DNA from: Planctomycetota bacterium | GTDB taxonomy: Bacteria > Planctomycetota > GCA-002687715 > CAIWVZ01 | Assembly: GCA_044222185.1 (NCBI GenBank) | Contig: JBGANV010000012.1 | Location: forward strand, 64,001 to 128,000 | Direction: 5' to 3' | DNA length: 64,000 nucleotides | In this document: in pieces, positions 38,634 to 48,896 of the stretch | Position numbering within the stretch: the first letter of the stretch is position 1 | How the letters are laid out: the number at the start of each line of letters is the position of its first letter | Notes under the pieces: model-generated | Told to the model about the DNA's origin: nothing | Databases searched by the model: none | The model's input: only the letters and a program-made list of their open reading frames with translations | Translations under genes and position numbers: made by a program

Positions 38634-38713
38634 GCTGAGTCTCGCCGCAATCGCGCCCGGTCCTTGACCGCCCGGGTGCGCCTCGTCTACCGTCGCGCAC
38701 CCGTTGGGAATCC

Positions 38714-39475
38714 ATGCGCGTCGCCCTCTTCGTCACCTGCCTCGTCGATCAGCTCTACCCGCAGGTCGGCGTCAGCACCGTGCGCCTGCTACGACGCCTC
38801 GGCTGTTCGGTGACGTTCCCGCGCGCGCAGACGTGCTGCGGCCAGCCCGCGATGAACGCCGGCTATACCGCGGATGCGCGCGCTGCCGCGACCGCGTGGC
38901 TCGACGCGTTCGAGGATGCCGAGTGGATCGTGACGCCGTCCGGCTCTTGCGGCGGCATGGTGCATCACGGGTTCTCGAGCCTGTTCGCCGCGGATGCCGC
39001 GCTCTCGGCTCGCGCTTCGTCACTCGCGGAGCGCACGCATGAGATCTCGTCGTTCCTCGTGAACGTCCTCGGGCGCGTGGACCTGGGCGGGGTGCTTCCG
39101 GGGAAGGCCACGTTCCATCCGTCATGTCACGCGGCGCGCCTGCTCGGCGTGCGCGACGAACCTCTCCGCCTCATGCGCGAAGTCCGCGGACTCGACGTCG
39201 TCCCGCTCGACCATTCCGAGGACTGCTGCGGCTTCGGCGGTGCGTTCAGCGTGAAGCTCGACGCGATCTCTGCCGCGATGGCGAGCGAGAAGGCCGCGAA
39301 CGTGGAACGATCCGGCGCGCGGATGCTCGTGTCGACCGACATGGGCTGCCTGATGCAGATCGTGGGGTTCATGCGCAGGCAGGGGCACGCGATCGAAGGT
39401 GTGCACCTCGCCGAGCTTCTCGACCGGGCGACCTCACCCACGGGCGCCAACGCCCTGGGGGGCAGGCACGCATGA
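38714..39475 (+). CDS. lutA: Lactate utilization protein A (CCG domains)
   Basis: LFVTCLVD, QTCCGQP, PSGSC, FHPSCH, CCGFGG, DMGCLMQI. Confidence 0.92.
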   Translation: MRVALFVTCLVDQLYPQVGVSTVRLLRRLGCSVTFPRAQTCCGQPAMNAGYTADARAAATAWLDAFEDAEWIVTPSGSCGGMVHHGFSSLFAADAALSARASSLAERTHEISSFLVNVLGRVDLGGVLPGKATFHPSCHAARLLGVRDEPLRLMREVRGLDVVPLDHSEDCCGFGGAFSVKLDAISAAMASEKAANVERSGARMLVSTDMGCLMQIVGFMRRQGHAIEGVHLAELLDRATSPTGANALGGRHA

Positions 39476-40923
39476 ACGGGGGGCGATCGTCACGGGATCT
39501 TGCGTCACGGGCGGCGCGCGCGCTCGATGACGATTTCCTCCGACGCGCCGTGCGCTTCACGGCGGACCGACTTCGCAACGCCAAGCACGGTGCGACCGAG
39601 GCCCTCGGGAACTGGGAGGAGTGGCGCGAGCGCGCTCGCGCGGTGCGTGCGGCGACGATCGCCGATCTGGACATCCACCTCTCGGAATTCCGCCGGCGAT
39701 GCGAGGCGCATGGCGGTCACGTTCACTTTGCAGACGACGCCGCCGAAGCGGCGCGAATCGTCGGCGATCTCGCGCGCGCTCGCGGCGTGAAACTTGCCGC
39801 GAAATCGAAATCCATGGTGACGGAGGAGATCCACCTCAACGATCATCTCGCGAAACTCGGGATCGAGGCGCTGGAGACGGACCTGGGGGAATGGATCGTG
39901 CAGCTCGCGCACGAAACCCCATCGCACATCATCCTGCCGGCGATCCACAAGAGCCGTCAGCAGATCAAGGAGCTGTTCGATCGGGAGGGCGGCGTGGATC
40001 TGCCGACCGAGACGGCGGCGCTCGCCGGGTTCGCGCGGCGGAGGCTGCGCGAGCGATTCCTCCAGGCCGACCTCGGCATCTCCGGATGCAACTTCGCCAT
40101 CGCGGAGACGGGCTCCATCGCCATCTTCACGAACGAGGGAAACGGGCGCATGGTGACGACGCTACCGAAGACGCACGTCGTCATGCTCGGCATGGAGCGG
40201 ATCGTTCCATCCTGGGACGACCTCGAGCTGATGGCGAACCTGCTCCCGCGCAGCGCGACCGGTCAGAAGATCACGACCTACATGAACGTGCTGACGGGGC
40301 CGCGGCGTGCCGGTGAGTCGGGAGGGCCGGACGAGCTTCACGTCGTCGTCCTGGACAACGGGCGCTCGGCCCAGCTCAGCGATCCACGCTTCCGCGAGAT
40401 CCTCAACTGCATTCGCTGCGGAGCGTGCTTGAACGTGTGCCCCGTCTATCGGCAGATCGGCGGGCACGCCTACGGCTCGGTGTATCCGGGGCCGATCGGC
40501 GCCGTCCTCACGCCGCTCCTGGAACATGATCGGGCGCAGTTCGGCGAGCTCGCCAACGCGTCCAGTCTCTGCGGCGCCTGCGCCGCGGCGTGTCCCGTGA
40601 AGATCCCGTTGCACGACATGCTCGTGGATCTGCGCGCGAGGAACGTCGCCGAGGGGCGGGCGTCGCTGGCGGAACGGCTCGGTTTCCGCCTCTACGCGTT
40701 GGCGACGCGTTCGCCGGCGATGTTCGGATGGGCGGGGAGCGTGTTTCGTGCGGCGCGTCGGCTGGGATTGGGCGAGCGATCGGGCCCGCGATGGATGCGG
40801 GCTCTGCTCGGGCCGCTCGCCGGTTGGACGCGCCACCGGGAACTGCCGGGGCCCGCGCCGCGGTCGTTCCGTCAAATGTGGGACGAGATCGAGGCCGAGG
40901 AGGCTGGGCATCATGGAACCTGA
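39472..40923 (+). CDS. lutB: Lactate utilization protein B (LUD + 4Fe-4S)
   Basis: KSKSMVTEE, ETDLGEWIVQL, TNEGNGR, CIRCGACLNVCP, YPGPIG, SSLCGACAAACPVKIP. ATGA overlap with lutA. Confidence 0.95.
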   Translation: MNGGRSSRDLASRAARALDDDFLRRAVRFTADRLRNAKHGATEALGNWEEWRERARAVRAATIADLDIHLSEFRRRCEAHGGHVHFADDAAEAARIVGDLARARGVKLAAKSKSMVTEEIHLNDHLAKLGIEALETDLGEWIVQLAHETPSHIILPAIHKSRQQIKELFDREGGVDLPTETAALAGFARRRLRERFLQADLGISGCNFAIAETGSIAIFTNEGNGRMVTTLPKTHVVMLGMERIVPSWDDLELMANLLPRSATGQKITTYMNVLTGPRRAGESGGPDELHVVVLDNGRSAQLSDPRFREILNCIRCGACLNVCPVYRQIGGHAYGSVYPGPIGAVLTPLLEHDRAQFGELANASSLCGACAAACPVKIPLHDMLVDLRARNVAEGRASLAERLGFRLYALATRSPAMFGWAGSVFRAARRLGLGERSGPRWMRALLGPLAGWTRHRELPGPAPRSFRQMWDEIEAEEAGHHGT

Positions 40924-41599
40924 CGCCTTCCTCGACCGCATCACGCGACGACTGGGCGGAGCCCGGGGCAGGACGGTGGCGCCGCGGGGGATTCCACCGG
41001 CGCTGCGCGAAGCGGTGCCGATTCCCCGCGACCCGGGTGTGCTGGCGTCGCGCTTCGTCGTCGAGCTCGAGCGCGTCGGTGGACGTGTGATTCGGGCGGC
41101 GTCGGGCGATGCCGCGAGCGCGGCGCTCCGCGACTTGATCGTCGAGGTCGGCGCGACACGGCTCGTGAGCAGCGATCGACCCGAGTTCGGCCGCCTGCCG
41201 GTGGCCTGGCTTTGGGACGAACTCGGATGTGCGACGACCGCCGGGGTGGGGCCGGTCGCGTTCCGTGCTCGATGCGCGGCGGCGCAGGTGGGCGTGACGG
41301 CAGTCGGCGCGGCCATCGCGGCGACGGGCACGATCCTGTTGACGGCGGCGCCGTCCCGGCCCCGGGAGGCGAGCCTGCTTCCGACCGTTCACGTGCCGAT
41401 CGTCTTCGAGAGTCAGCTCGTTCCGCATCTCGGCGACGCGATGAAGATCGCGCTCGCGGGGGGCACCCCGCCTTCCCAGGTGCTGTTCGTCACGGGACCG
41501 AGCCGCACGAGCGACATCGAGAACGACCTGACGATCGGCGTTCACGGTCCAGCGGCGGTGGTCGTCATCCTGGTGGATGACGGCGCGCGTGGCGCGTGA
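40913..41599 (+). CDS. lutC: Lactate utilization protein C (LUD domain)
   Basis: AIAATGTI, SLLPTVHV, TGPSRTSDIE...GVHGP. Confidence 0.92.
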   Translation: MEPDAFLDRITRRLGGARGRTVAPRGIPPALREAVPIPRDPGVLASRFVVELERVGGRVIRAASGDAASAALRDLIVEVGATRLVSSDRPEFGRLPVAWLWDELGCATTAGVGPVAFRARCAAAQVGVTAVGAAIAATGTILLTAAPSRPREASLLPTVHVPIVFESQLVPHLGDAMKIALAGGTPPSQVLFVTGPSRTSDIENDLTIGVHGPAAVVVILVDDGARGA

Positions 41600-41876
41600 C
41601 GGACCGGTGCTCGGTCGCCGCCCGATCGGAAGTGAGGAGCGCCCGTCGACCCGCCGCGAACGCGGCGGCGCGACTGGCGGGATCGCCGGACGACCGAGGC
41701 GCAGCCGAGGCGTCCGGCCTGGCCGAGGTCGAATCGCAGCGCTGCCTTCGATGATCATGCGGCCGTCGGTGATCTCGCGTTCGTCCGCGAAGGACACCAG
41801 CCGGCCCGCGCGAGACGCGCGGCGAACCGGCCCGTTCCCGCCGAGACGGCGGTGAACGTGCGCTCCGCCGCAGGCG

Positions 41877-43001
41877 TCACTTGTTCAGCGTCGCGACGAT
41901 GAGCGCGATCCCACCCGCGACGACGAGGCACAGGAGCACGAACCCCACGATCTTCGCGACGCTGTAGGGCCGATCTCCGGTGACTTCGCCCGAGCGTGCG
42001 TTGACGAAGACCTGCCACGTCTTGTTGCGGAAGCGATAGGCCGCCATCCACACGGGAAGGAGAACATGCTTGAAGGCGATCGCCGAATACGCCGTCTTCA
42101 CCGAGTGAACGCGTTGCTCGTCGCCGCCGATGTCGTGGCAGCAGTCGCCGTGGATGACGGACGCCATGACGCCCTTGGCCAGCTCGAACCCGTTCGGAAG
42201 GTCCACGTCGTACCGGTTCGCGATGAAGCCGGGGAGGAACTCGGGACGGTAGGGTTCGAGAGCCTTCAGGTCCCAGGGCTCCAAGTCCGCGAGGCGCTTG
42301 GCGGGCAGCCTCGTCGTCGCGGCAATCAGCACATCGTCGAACCATCGTTGGACGGTGCCGGCGGCGGGGCTCCACCGGATCTTGCGGACCTGGCGCGTGC
42401 GGTGCTCGGTCTTGCCGTTCACCGTCACCGTGTAGGACTCGGTGACCCAGTACGCGTCGCCGCGCTCGCCCGTGTAGAACGACTTCGTGTAGGAGTCGTA
42501 GGTCCAGTACGGGAGGTAGACGCCGTACAGCTTCTCCTCCGCGGCGAGCTGCTTCAGGCTCGAGGGCGCGAACCAGCGCGAGCCGATCCACTTCTTGAAG
42601 AGGTCGCGCGCTTGCGATGTCGACACGCGAAACGGCAGCACGGCCTCGGGCGCGATGAGCTCGGTGGGATCGTCATCGACGACGATCGCGACTCCACAGA
42701 ACGGGCAGCTCTGCGAGCGGGCGTCCGTCGCCGTGACGGCGCCGCACCCCTTGCACTTCACCTGCTTCGAGCCGAGCGTCGCGAGCGGCTTGCGCGGAGT
42801 CTTGAGGTAGACCTCGTAGGACTGTTCCTCGACTTCGTCCGCCGTCTGCGGAATCCGCTCGGCGTGCCCGCAGTACGGGCACTTCAGCGCCGTCGTTCCG
42901 GGCGCGAATTCCAGGTTGGCTCCGCAGGCGGAGCACGGGTACTGACGCGGGGAAGTCGGCGCCTGCGGGGAGGGCGAAGCTGCGCGCGAGTCGTCGGGCA
43001 T
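41877..43001 (-). CDS. Double zinc-ribbon membrane-anchored protein (SPFH-associated)
   Basis: CSACGA, CPYCG, CKGCGA, CPFCG. YLPYWTYD, VLLPVW, VNARSGEVTG. C-terminal TM. Confidence 0.85.
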   Translation of the reverse strand: MPDDSRAASPSPQAPTSPRQYPCSACGANLEFAPGTTALKCPYCGHAERIPQTADEVEEQSYEVYLKTPRKPLATLGSKQVKCKGCGAVTATDARSQSCPFCGVAIVVDDDPTELIAPEAVLPFRVSTSQARDLFKKWIGSRWFAPSSLKQLAAEEKLYGVYLPYWTYDSYTKSFYTGERGDAYWVTESYTVTVNGKTEHRTRQVRKIRWSPAAGTVQRWFDDVLIAATTRLPAKRLADLEPWDLKALEPYRPEFLPGFIANRYDVDLPNGFELAKGVMASVIHGDCCHDIGGDEQRVHSVKTAYSAIAFKHVLLPVWMAAYRFRNKTWQVFVNARSGEVTGDRPYSVAKIVGFVLLCLVVAGGIALIVATLNK

Positions 43002-43043
43002 GGGGCGTGGGTCGGGCGGGTGCGTGAACGGCGTCGCCGTCGA

Positions 43044-44147
43044 TCAGGCCGTCGGCAGCGGTGGCGGGCCCGACGAGAGCAGGCGCGCGAGTTCGGGGAC
43101 GTCCTTCGCCGCCACCCAGGCCGCGAGGCCCTGGCGCCACACGAGGGTCGTCGGCGTCAGGCGTCCGCCGGCGGCCTCGGCCGCGAGCGCGGCGGCATCG
43201 AACGGTCCGAGCTGCTTGCCACCGACGCCGAGGAACCACGCGACGGGTGCATCCAGTGGCGGCGGCTGGGCCGGGCCTGTCGGCGGCGCGCCGGCACCCG
43301 CGAACGAGCGGGCCATCTGCTGACCGAGCGCCAGCCCGGCGCCCAGCCCGATGCCTTCGCCTGCGCCGCCCGGGTTCTTCGCCGCCTGCTCCATGGCCTG
43401 CGCGGCCTGGAACTGGGTGTAGCGGTTCAGATCGCCGAGCACGCCCATCTGCGAGCGCTTGTCGAGCGCCTGCTCGACCTCCGGCGGAAGCGAGACGTTC
43501 TCGACGATGAAGCGGGTGATCTCGATGCCGTTCGTCTTCAGATCCTGCGTCAGGCGTTGGGCGAGGAGCTGCTCCATCTGGGACTGCTTCGACGCGATGT
43601 CGAGAACCGAGATGCCCGACTCGCCGAGCACGCCCGCGACCTTCGACACGACGAGCTGGCGGAGGTACTCGGAGACCTCCTCCGTCTTGAACAGCGGATC
43701 GGTTCCCGCCAGCTCCTTGATGAAGGCTCCCGCGTCGACGACGCGCATGGCGTAGCCGCCGAATGCGCGCAGGCGCACGGGCCCGAACTCGGGGTCGCGG
43801 ACGATGACGGGGTTTTGCGTGCCCCACTTCAGGTCCGTGAACTGCCGGGTGTTGACGAAGTACACCTCGGCCTTGAAGGGCGACTCGAACCCGTACTTCC
43901 AGCCCTGCAGCGTGGCGAGGATCGGCAGGTTGCGGGTCAAAAGCTCGTAAGTGCCGGGTTTGAAGACGTCCGCGAGCTTGCCTTCGTTGACGAACACGGC
44001 CTGCTGCGTTTCCCGCACGACGAGCTTGGCGCCGTTCTTGATCTCGTTGCCGTACCGCTCGAAGCGGTAGACGAGCGTGTCCCGCGAATCATCGAGCCAT
44101 TGGATGATGTCGATGAGTTCGCCGCGCAGCTTGTCGAACAGTCCCAT
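43044..44147 (-). CDS. SPFH/band-7 protein (YdjI-like) with C-terminal GYF_2 (DUF4339) domain
   Basis: LVVRETQQAVFV, SPFKAEVYFVN, KWGTQNP, ENVSLPPEV. GYF_2 part WFLGVGGKQLGPF...TLVWRQGLAAW. Confidence 0.9.
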   Translation of the reverse strand: MGLFDKLRGELIDIIQWLDDSRDTLVYRFERYGNEIKNGAKLVVRETQQAVFVNEGKLADVFKPGTYELLTRNLPILATLQGWKYGFESPFKAEVYFVNTRQFTDLKWGTQNPVIVRDPEFGPVRLRAFGGYAMRVVDAGAFIKELAGTDPLFKTEEVSEYLRQLVVSKVAGVLGESGISVLDIASKQSQMEQLLAQRLTQDLKTNGIEITRFIVENVSLPPEVEQALDKRSQMGVLGDLNRYTQFQAAQAMEQAAKNPGGAGEGIGLGAGLALGQQMARSFAGAGAPPTGPAQPPPLDAPVAWFLGVGGKQLGPFDAAALAAEAAGGRLTPTTLVWRQGLAAWVAAKDVPELARLLSSGPPPLPTA

Positions 44148-44330
44148 GTCGCGTCTCCTGGCAGTGGGGCTCGGGCGCGGCGTCGAGGTGTCGAGCCGGG
44201 CCGTCGCATGCGGGGCGAGTGTAACGGACGTCGCCCGCAGCGTCGCCAGGGGATTCGCGACGTGGCGGAGAGAATTCCGCCACGCTCGGGCCGGCGCCGG
44301 CGGCGAGGTTCGCCGCCGGGCGCGCAGCGG

Positions 44331-45160
44331 TCACGGGAAGTGCATCTGGACCGGGTTCGAGAGGATCACGTTCGTGCCGTCGACGATCGCCATCTGGCCG
44401 AACAGGTCACCGGAAGGGAGACCCGGCGGAAGCGGGACGGTGAGGTTGAACGTGCCCGTCGGCGTCGTCGTGATCGCGAAGAGGTTCGTCGACAGCGGGC
44501 TGATCTGGACCTGGCACGTGGCGCTCGGGATCGGCAGCGCCTGGTTGCCCAGGCCGATGGCGAAAATCCCCGGAGCGTTGATCGGCGCCAGGATGAGATC
44601 GAGGCTCGCCGTGAGGCTCGTCGTTCCGCTGACGAGACCGGCGAAGACCGGCACGGGGCCCGTGCTGCTGACGCAGCCGGTGCCGTACGCTCGCCGTCGT
44701 TGCCGTGGCCGGGCGGCATCACGAGAGTCGCGACGGCGTTCGTCGTGTTGATCGTGAAGAGCGTCTCGGGATTGACGGCTCCGTCGCCGGCCACGCCGAA
44801 CAGCACGCCGTCCGGTCGGAAGGCGATGCCGGCGAAGGCGTCGGAGAGCGCGCCGATCAGCGTCACCACGCCCGTCGACGGGTTGACGGTGCCGAGTTGG
44901 CGAGGCGTCGATCCGGTCGGCCGCACGACGGCGTAGATCAGGCCGCTGATCGGGTCGCGTGACATTCCGTTCGACTGGCTGATCGCGACGCTTCCCGTCG
45001 TGACCATGGCGATCGCCGTCGACGCCGTTCCCGTGACGGGATCGAGCGTGATGAGGCGGCCGTTGATCGACGACGTGGCGACGAGGACGTCACCCTGCGC
45101 GCTCGCGAGCCCGCAGGCGGGAAGGACGACGAGGACGAGACGGACACCGCGTTCGTTGCA
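44331..45160 (-). pseudogene. Disrupted secreted beta-propeller protein with shared C-terminal domain
   Basis: Signal-like VRLVLVVLPACGLASA-Q has no in-frame start. Propeller blades end at GNDGE, then the frame shifts near 44690 into AYGTGC...FGQMAIVDGTNVILSNPVQMHFP. Confidence 0.65.
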
Positions 45161-45376
45161 CGCGTGGCAGGGCGAAGAGACCGGTGAGCGTAGGGATGGC
45201 GTGCTGCGGGAGCAAGGCGAGTTTGGCCGTCACGCTGAGGAGCGCGCTGAGGTCAGGAGCGGCGCCGCGCGGACGCGACGGCGCCGTGACGAGTGGTGGT
45301 CCGCAGCCTGGACCACCGCCGATCCTCGAGGCCTCGCGGCTCGAACGCGCGCGCACGCGTCGAGTCGACGCGGCGC

Positions 45377-47977
45377 TCAGTAGGCGATGACGGTCGTCGT
45401 CGTGAGGTTCGTGAGACGAACCTGCGACAACACGAGCGCCTGCCAGTGCGCCGACAGTCCGACGAGCCCTGGCCCCGGAGGTACGGCGAACGGAAGCGAC
45501 CCGCGGCCCTGTCCGTTCAGCGGGAGGTTGATCGGCCCCGAGAGCGTGACGAAGTCCAAGAACACGGTCCCATAAGGCGGGACGGCGAAGTCGTTCGTCG
45601 CGCCCGCGAGGAACAGCGCGAAGGTGTCGGATGCGGGCCCGAAGAACTCGAGGCTCGTGTTGCGGCCCGGCCGGGGCTCCACGAGGTTCGCGAGCTGGCG
45701 CGTCAGGTTCTTGTCGAGGCGTGGCCCGACGCCGATCAGGTCCGGATCGCCGTCCCGGTCGAAGTCGCGGAGGATGATCCCGTTGCTGCCGAGCGCCGCT
45801 CCCAGGCTGAACTGGCCCGTGTTGAGGACCAGCGGCTCGTACGACGGGAAGAACCCGCCGCCCGCGTTACGCCAGATGTGCGTGGCGTCCACGCAGTCCA
45901 CGTCGCCGTCGCCGTCGATGTCGACGAGACCGCGCGCATGCGCCGACGTCTGGAATGGAGTCACCGCGGTCGACGGCAGGGCGCCGACGAGCGCGAACGT
46001 CCCCGAGCCGTTGTTCTGGTAGAGGTTCAAATCGATGACGATGTCCATGTCGCCATCGCCGTCCAGGTCCGCGGCCTCGCCCGTGTCCGTGCCGACGGCG
46101 GAGAACGCGCCCGGCGTGAACACCCCCGAGCCGTTGTTCAAATGCAGGATCGCTGGCTGGGCCGGCTGGAGCAGCGTCTGACCATTCGTCTGGAGGATGT
46201 CGAGATCCAGGTCGCCGTCGGCGTCGAAGATCGAGATGTCGACGGTGTTGCGGGCGATGCCGAGCGGAATCGGCGGATCGAATCCAGCGCCGTTGTTCCG
46301 CATGATCACGCTCTGGGCGTCCGGTCCATTCGCTCCGAGCGTGTTGCGGCGACCGATCACCAGGTCCCGGTCACCGTCTCCATCCAGGTCGGCGTCCTTC
46401 AGGACCCACGCGTTTCCGCCCTGACTGAACGTCTGGATCAACGTGAACGTCCCGTTGTGGTTGTTCCGGAGTACGTAGTCGTCGTAAGGCGCGGCGACGG
46501 TGACCACGTCCTGACTCATGGCCAGGTAGAGGTCGTCGAATCCGTCACCGTCGACGTCGACGAGGTGAGGGATGCGGTTGGCGAGCGACGGGCACGGGTT
46601 CGTGCACACGAGCGACGTCCACGTGAAGCGGCCGAAGCCGTCGTTCGTGGCGAAGCGCACGGTGGGCGTGGGGATCTCGACGAGGACCGCGAGATCGGTG
46701 CGGCCGTCGTGGTTGACGTCTCCTGCCGTCGGTGCGTTGCCGAGTGCTTCGAGCGGGAGCTCGCGACGACGTTCCGACAGCAGGCCGGTGCCCGTGTCCA
46801 TGAACATGCGGATGCCTGCCGCACCGAACAGGAACATGTCCTGATCGCCGTCGTTGTCCACGTCGGCTTCCAGGTCCTGCAGCGAGCCGCCCAGGCTCGG
46901 GTTCGGAATGGTCTGCATGGCGGCGTTGAAGTTCGCGGCCGTATGAGTCGCGGCGCCCGAGGTCGCGACGCGCAGGAGACGCGCCGGCGCGTTGGGTGTT
47001 CCAGGCAGGACAGCCGCGTGGAACGCGCGTTCGCTTCGGGTCGCGCTCTGCGCGAGGGTGAACGAGCCCGTGCCCGTCGCGAGCCAAAGCTCGTCGACCG
47101 GCGTCGGGTTCGCCGCCGAGACCACTCCGCAGAAGACGATGTCCTTCAGGTTGTCGCCGTTCATGTCACCGATGCAGAACGTGTCCGTCGGCGCGGTGCC
47201 GAAGTTGATGGGCGAGACGGCGAAGAACCCACCCGTGTTGGTCAGCAAGAGGCGCGTCTGGCCGCCTGGGCTTGCTGCGGGGCCGGTCGGGTTCGAGATG
47301 ACGAGGATGTCCTGGTCCAGGTCACCGTCGTAGTCGACGAAGTACGCCTGCGACCCGGCGAGTGTGACCGCGGGGAGACGGTTGGTTCCATCGGTGAACG
47401 TCCCGGTGCCGCTGTTCAGGAACAGCCGCGGCTGGAACCCACCGACGACGTTCGAGCCGTTCAACGTGAATACGGAGACGAACAGGTCACGATCGCCGTC
47501 GCCGTCGATGTCCGCGGCGGCCAGCGCGCCGACGAGTGCGCTCAGACCGCCGGTCGCGGTGATCGCCGGCGTGCTCGCGAAGGCCGTGGTGAAGTTCGCG
47601 CCACCGGCGCTGCGAGCGAGTCCGAACGTGGTCGAGCCGCCGCTCCCGAGGATGTCCGGGAGTCCGTCGCCCGTGAGGTCCGTGACGAGGGTGAGCGTGC
47701 CGACGGCGCCGTTGCCGTAAAGACCGCTGCTGAGATTGGCGGCCGACGGGCCTTTCGTGAACGTCCCGCTGCCATCGTTCAGTGCGGCGCAGCTCACGGT
47801 CGTCGCCAGGTCGACGTCGCCGTCGTTGTCGAAGTCGCCGACCCCGACGACTCGACCCACGGCGATGGGGACGGGTTCATCGATGGGGTGGAAGACTCCG
47901 AACTGCGCCGAAGCGGCGGTGGCGAATGCAATGAAGAAGCAGACCGAGGTGATCGGGAGGCGTACGACCGACGGCAT
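45377..47977 (-). CDS. Secreted FG-GAP/VCBS repeat protein with shared C-terminal domain
   Basis: Signal ending AASA-Q. About 13 DxDxDGDxD repeats. C-terminal GLVGLSAHWQALV...LTNLTTTTVIAY. Confidence 0.9.
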   Translation of the reverse strand: MPSVVRLPITSVCFFIAFATAASAQFGVFHPIDEPVPIAVGRVVGVGDFDNDGDVDLATTVSCAALNDGSGTFTKGPSAANLSSGLYGNGAVGTLTLVTDLTGDGLPDILGSGGSTTFGLARSAGGANFTTAFASTPAITATGGLSALVGALAAADIDGDGDRDLFVSVFTLNGSNVVGGFQPRLFLNSGTGTFTDGTNRLPAVTLAGSQAYFVDYDGDLDQDILVISNPTGPAASPGGQTRLLLTNTGGFFAVSPINFGTAPTDTFCIGDMNGDNLKDIVFCGVVSAANPTPVDELWLATGTGSFTLAQSATRSERAFHAAVLPGTPNAPARLLRVATSGAATHTAANFNAAMQTIPNPSLGGSLQDLEADVDNDGDQDMFLFGAAGIRMFMDTGTGLLSERRRELPLEALGNAPTAGDVNHDGRTDLAVLVEIPTPTVRFATNDGFGRFTWTSLVCTNPCPSLANRIPHLVDVDGDGFDDLYLAMSQDVVTVAAPYDDYVLRNNHNGTFTLIQTFSQGGNAWVLKDADLDGDGDRDLVIGRRNTLGANGPDAQSVIMRNNGAGFDPPIPLGIARNTVDISIFDADGDLDLDILQTNGQTLLQPAQPAILHLNNGSGVFTPGAFSAVGTDTGEAADLDGDGDMDIVIDLNLYQNNGSGTFALVGALPSTAVTPFQTSAHARGLVDIDGDGDVDCVDATHIWRNAGGGFFPSYEPLVLNTGQFSLGAALGSNGIILRDFDRDGDPDLIGVGPRLDKNLTRQLANLVEPRPGRNTSLEFFGPASDTFALFLAGATNDFAVPPYGTVFLDFVTLSGPINLPLNGQGRGSLPFAVPPGPGLVGLSAHWQALVLSQVRLTNLTTTTVIAY

Positions 47978-48136
47978 TCTGTGGCTCCGGGTCCCAGGTC
48001 GCGCGCCGGTTTGTCCGAGGTGGAACGGCTTGCGGAGGCGATGCGCGACGACGGGACGCAGGGAGCATATCTCACGCCCTTTCCCGATTGCGACGGGAGG
48101 TTTGCCCGGCGGCAGCTTTGTCGGCTTCGGGGGATC

Positions 48137-48649
48137 TCAGCGTCGGGTTTCCGGCGCGAGCTTCCCCAGGGTCGGAGGGGACTCCGAGACCGTCGGCGGC
48201 TGGGATGGAAGCGCGACGTCGCCCATTTCCACTTCGCCCATCGTGGCGCGGAGCGGCGTCGAGAGCGCTCCCATCGGCGGGGAGGCATTGGGGGACGTGG
48301 ACCCCTGTTGCCTCGCGTCGTTCCTGTGGAACCAGGCGAATCCGCCGAGCAGCGCCGCAATCAGGGCCGCGGCCGCTGCGAAGCGGGTTCGGATCCAGCG
48401 GAGGCCCACGGGACAGTCACGCGTCAGAACGGTGCCGTCCGGACGCCGGTAGAACCGGACGCAAACGCGACCTTCACGCGATTCGACGATGCGGGCGGCC
48501 TCGTCGAGCGACATGGCGGAGAGGTCGTAGACGTTCATCCGGCAGGCGTCGCAGAAGCGGACGCGATCGTCGCCGGTCATCTGGTCCCAGGCGGCGTGGC
48601 ACGGGCTCGCAATCCTGATTCCGTCGATGAGTTGCCTGGTGTCGGTCAC
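48137..48649 (-). CDS. Small Cys-motif membrane protein of unknown function
   Basis: GAGG + GTG 48649. IASPCHAAWDQMTGDDRVRFCDACRMNVYDLS...CVRFYRRPDGTVLTRDC followed by one TM. Confidence 0.75.
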   Translation of the reverse strand: MTDTRQLIDGIRIASPCHAAWDQMTGDDRVRFCDACRMNVYDLSAMSLDEAARIVESREGRVCVRFYRRPDGTVLTRDCPVGLRWIRTRFAAAAALIAALLGGFAWFHRNDARQQGSTSPNASPPMGALSTPLRATMGEVEMGDVALPSQPPTVSESPPTLGKLAPETRR

Positions 48650-48896
48650 GGGATGTCCTCGAGTGGGTTGCGCCGTTGGACGCGCGCCGCGCAGCGGAGG
48701 TTCCCGCAGCGTTCGCGCGCCCGTGGTTTCCCATCGGACGTCCGGCCCATCGGCCGGCAGTTTCGTGCCGAGTCGGACTGCCGCAGGCATCGTCAGGGGA
48801 GCGCCGCACGACGCCGGTGGGCGCGCGTCGCGCGCCCGGGCCCGGCGTCGTGGCGAGCGGCCGCGAGGAGCCCCACGCCCTCGCCGCCCACCTCGG

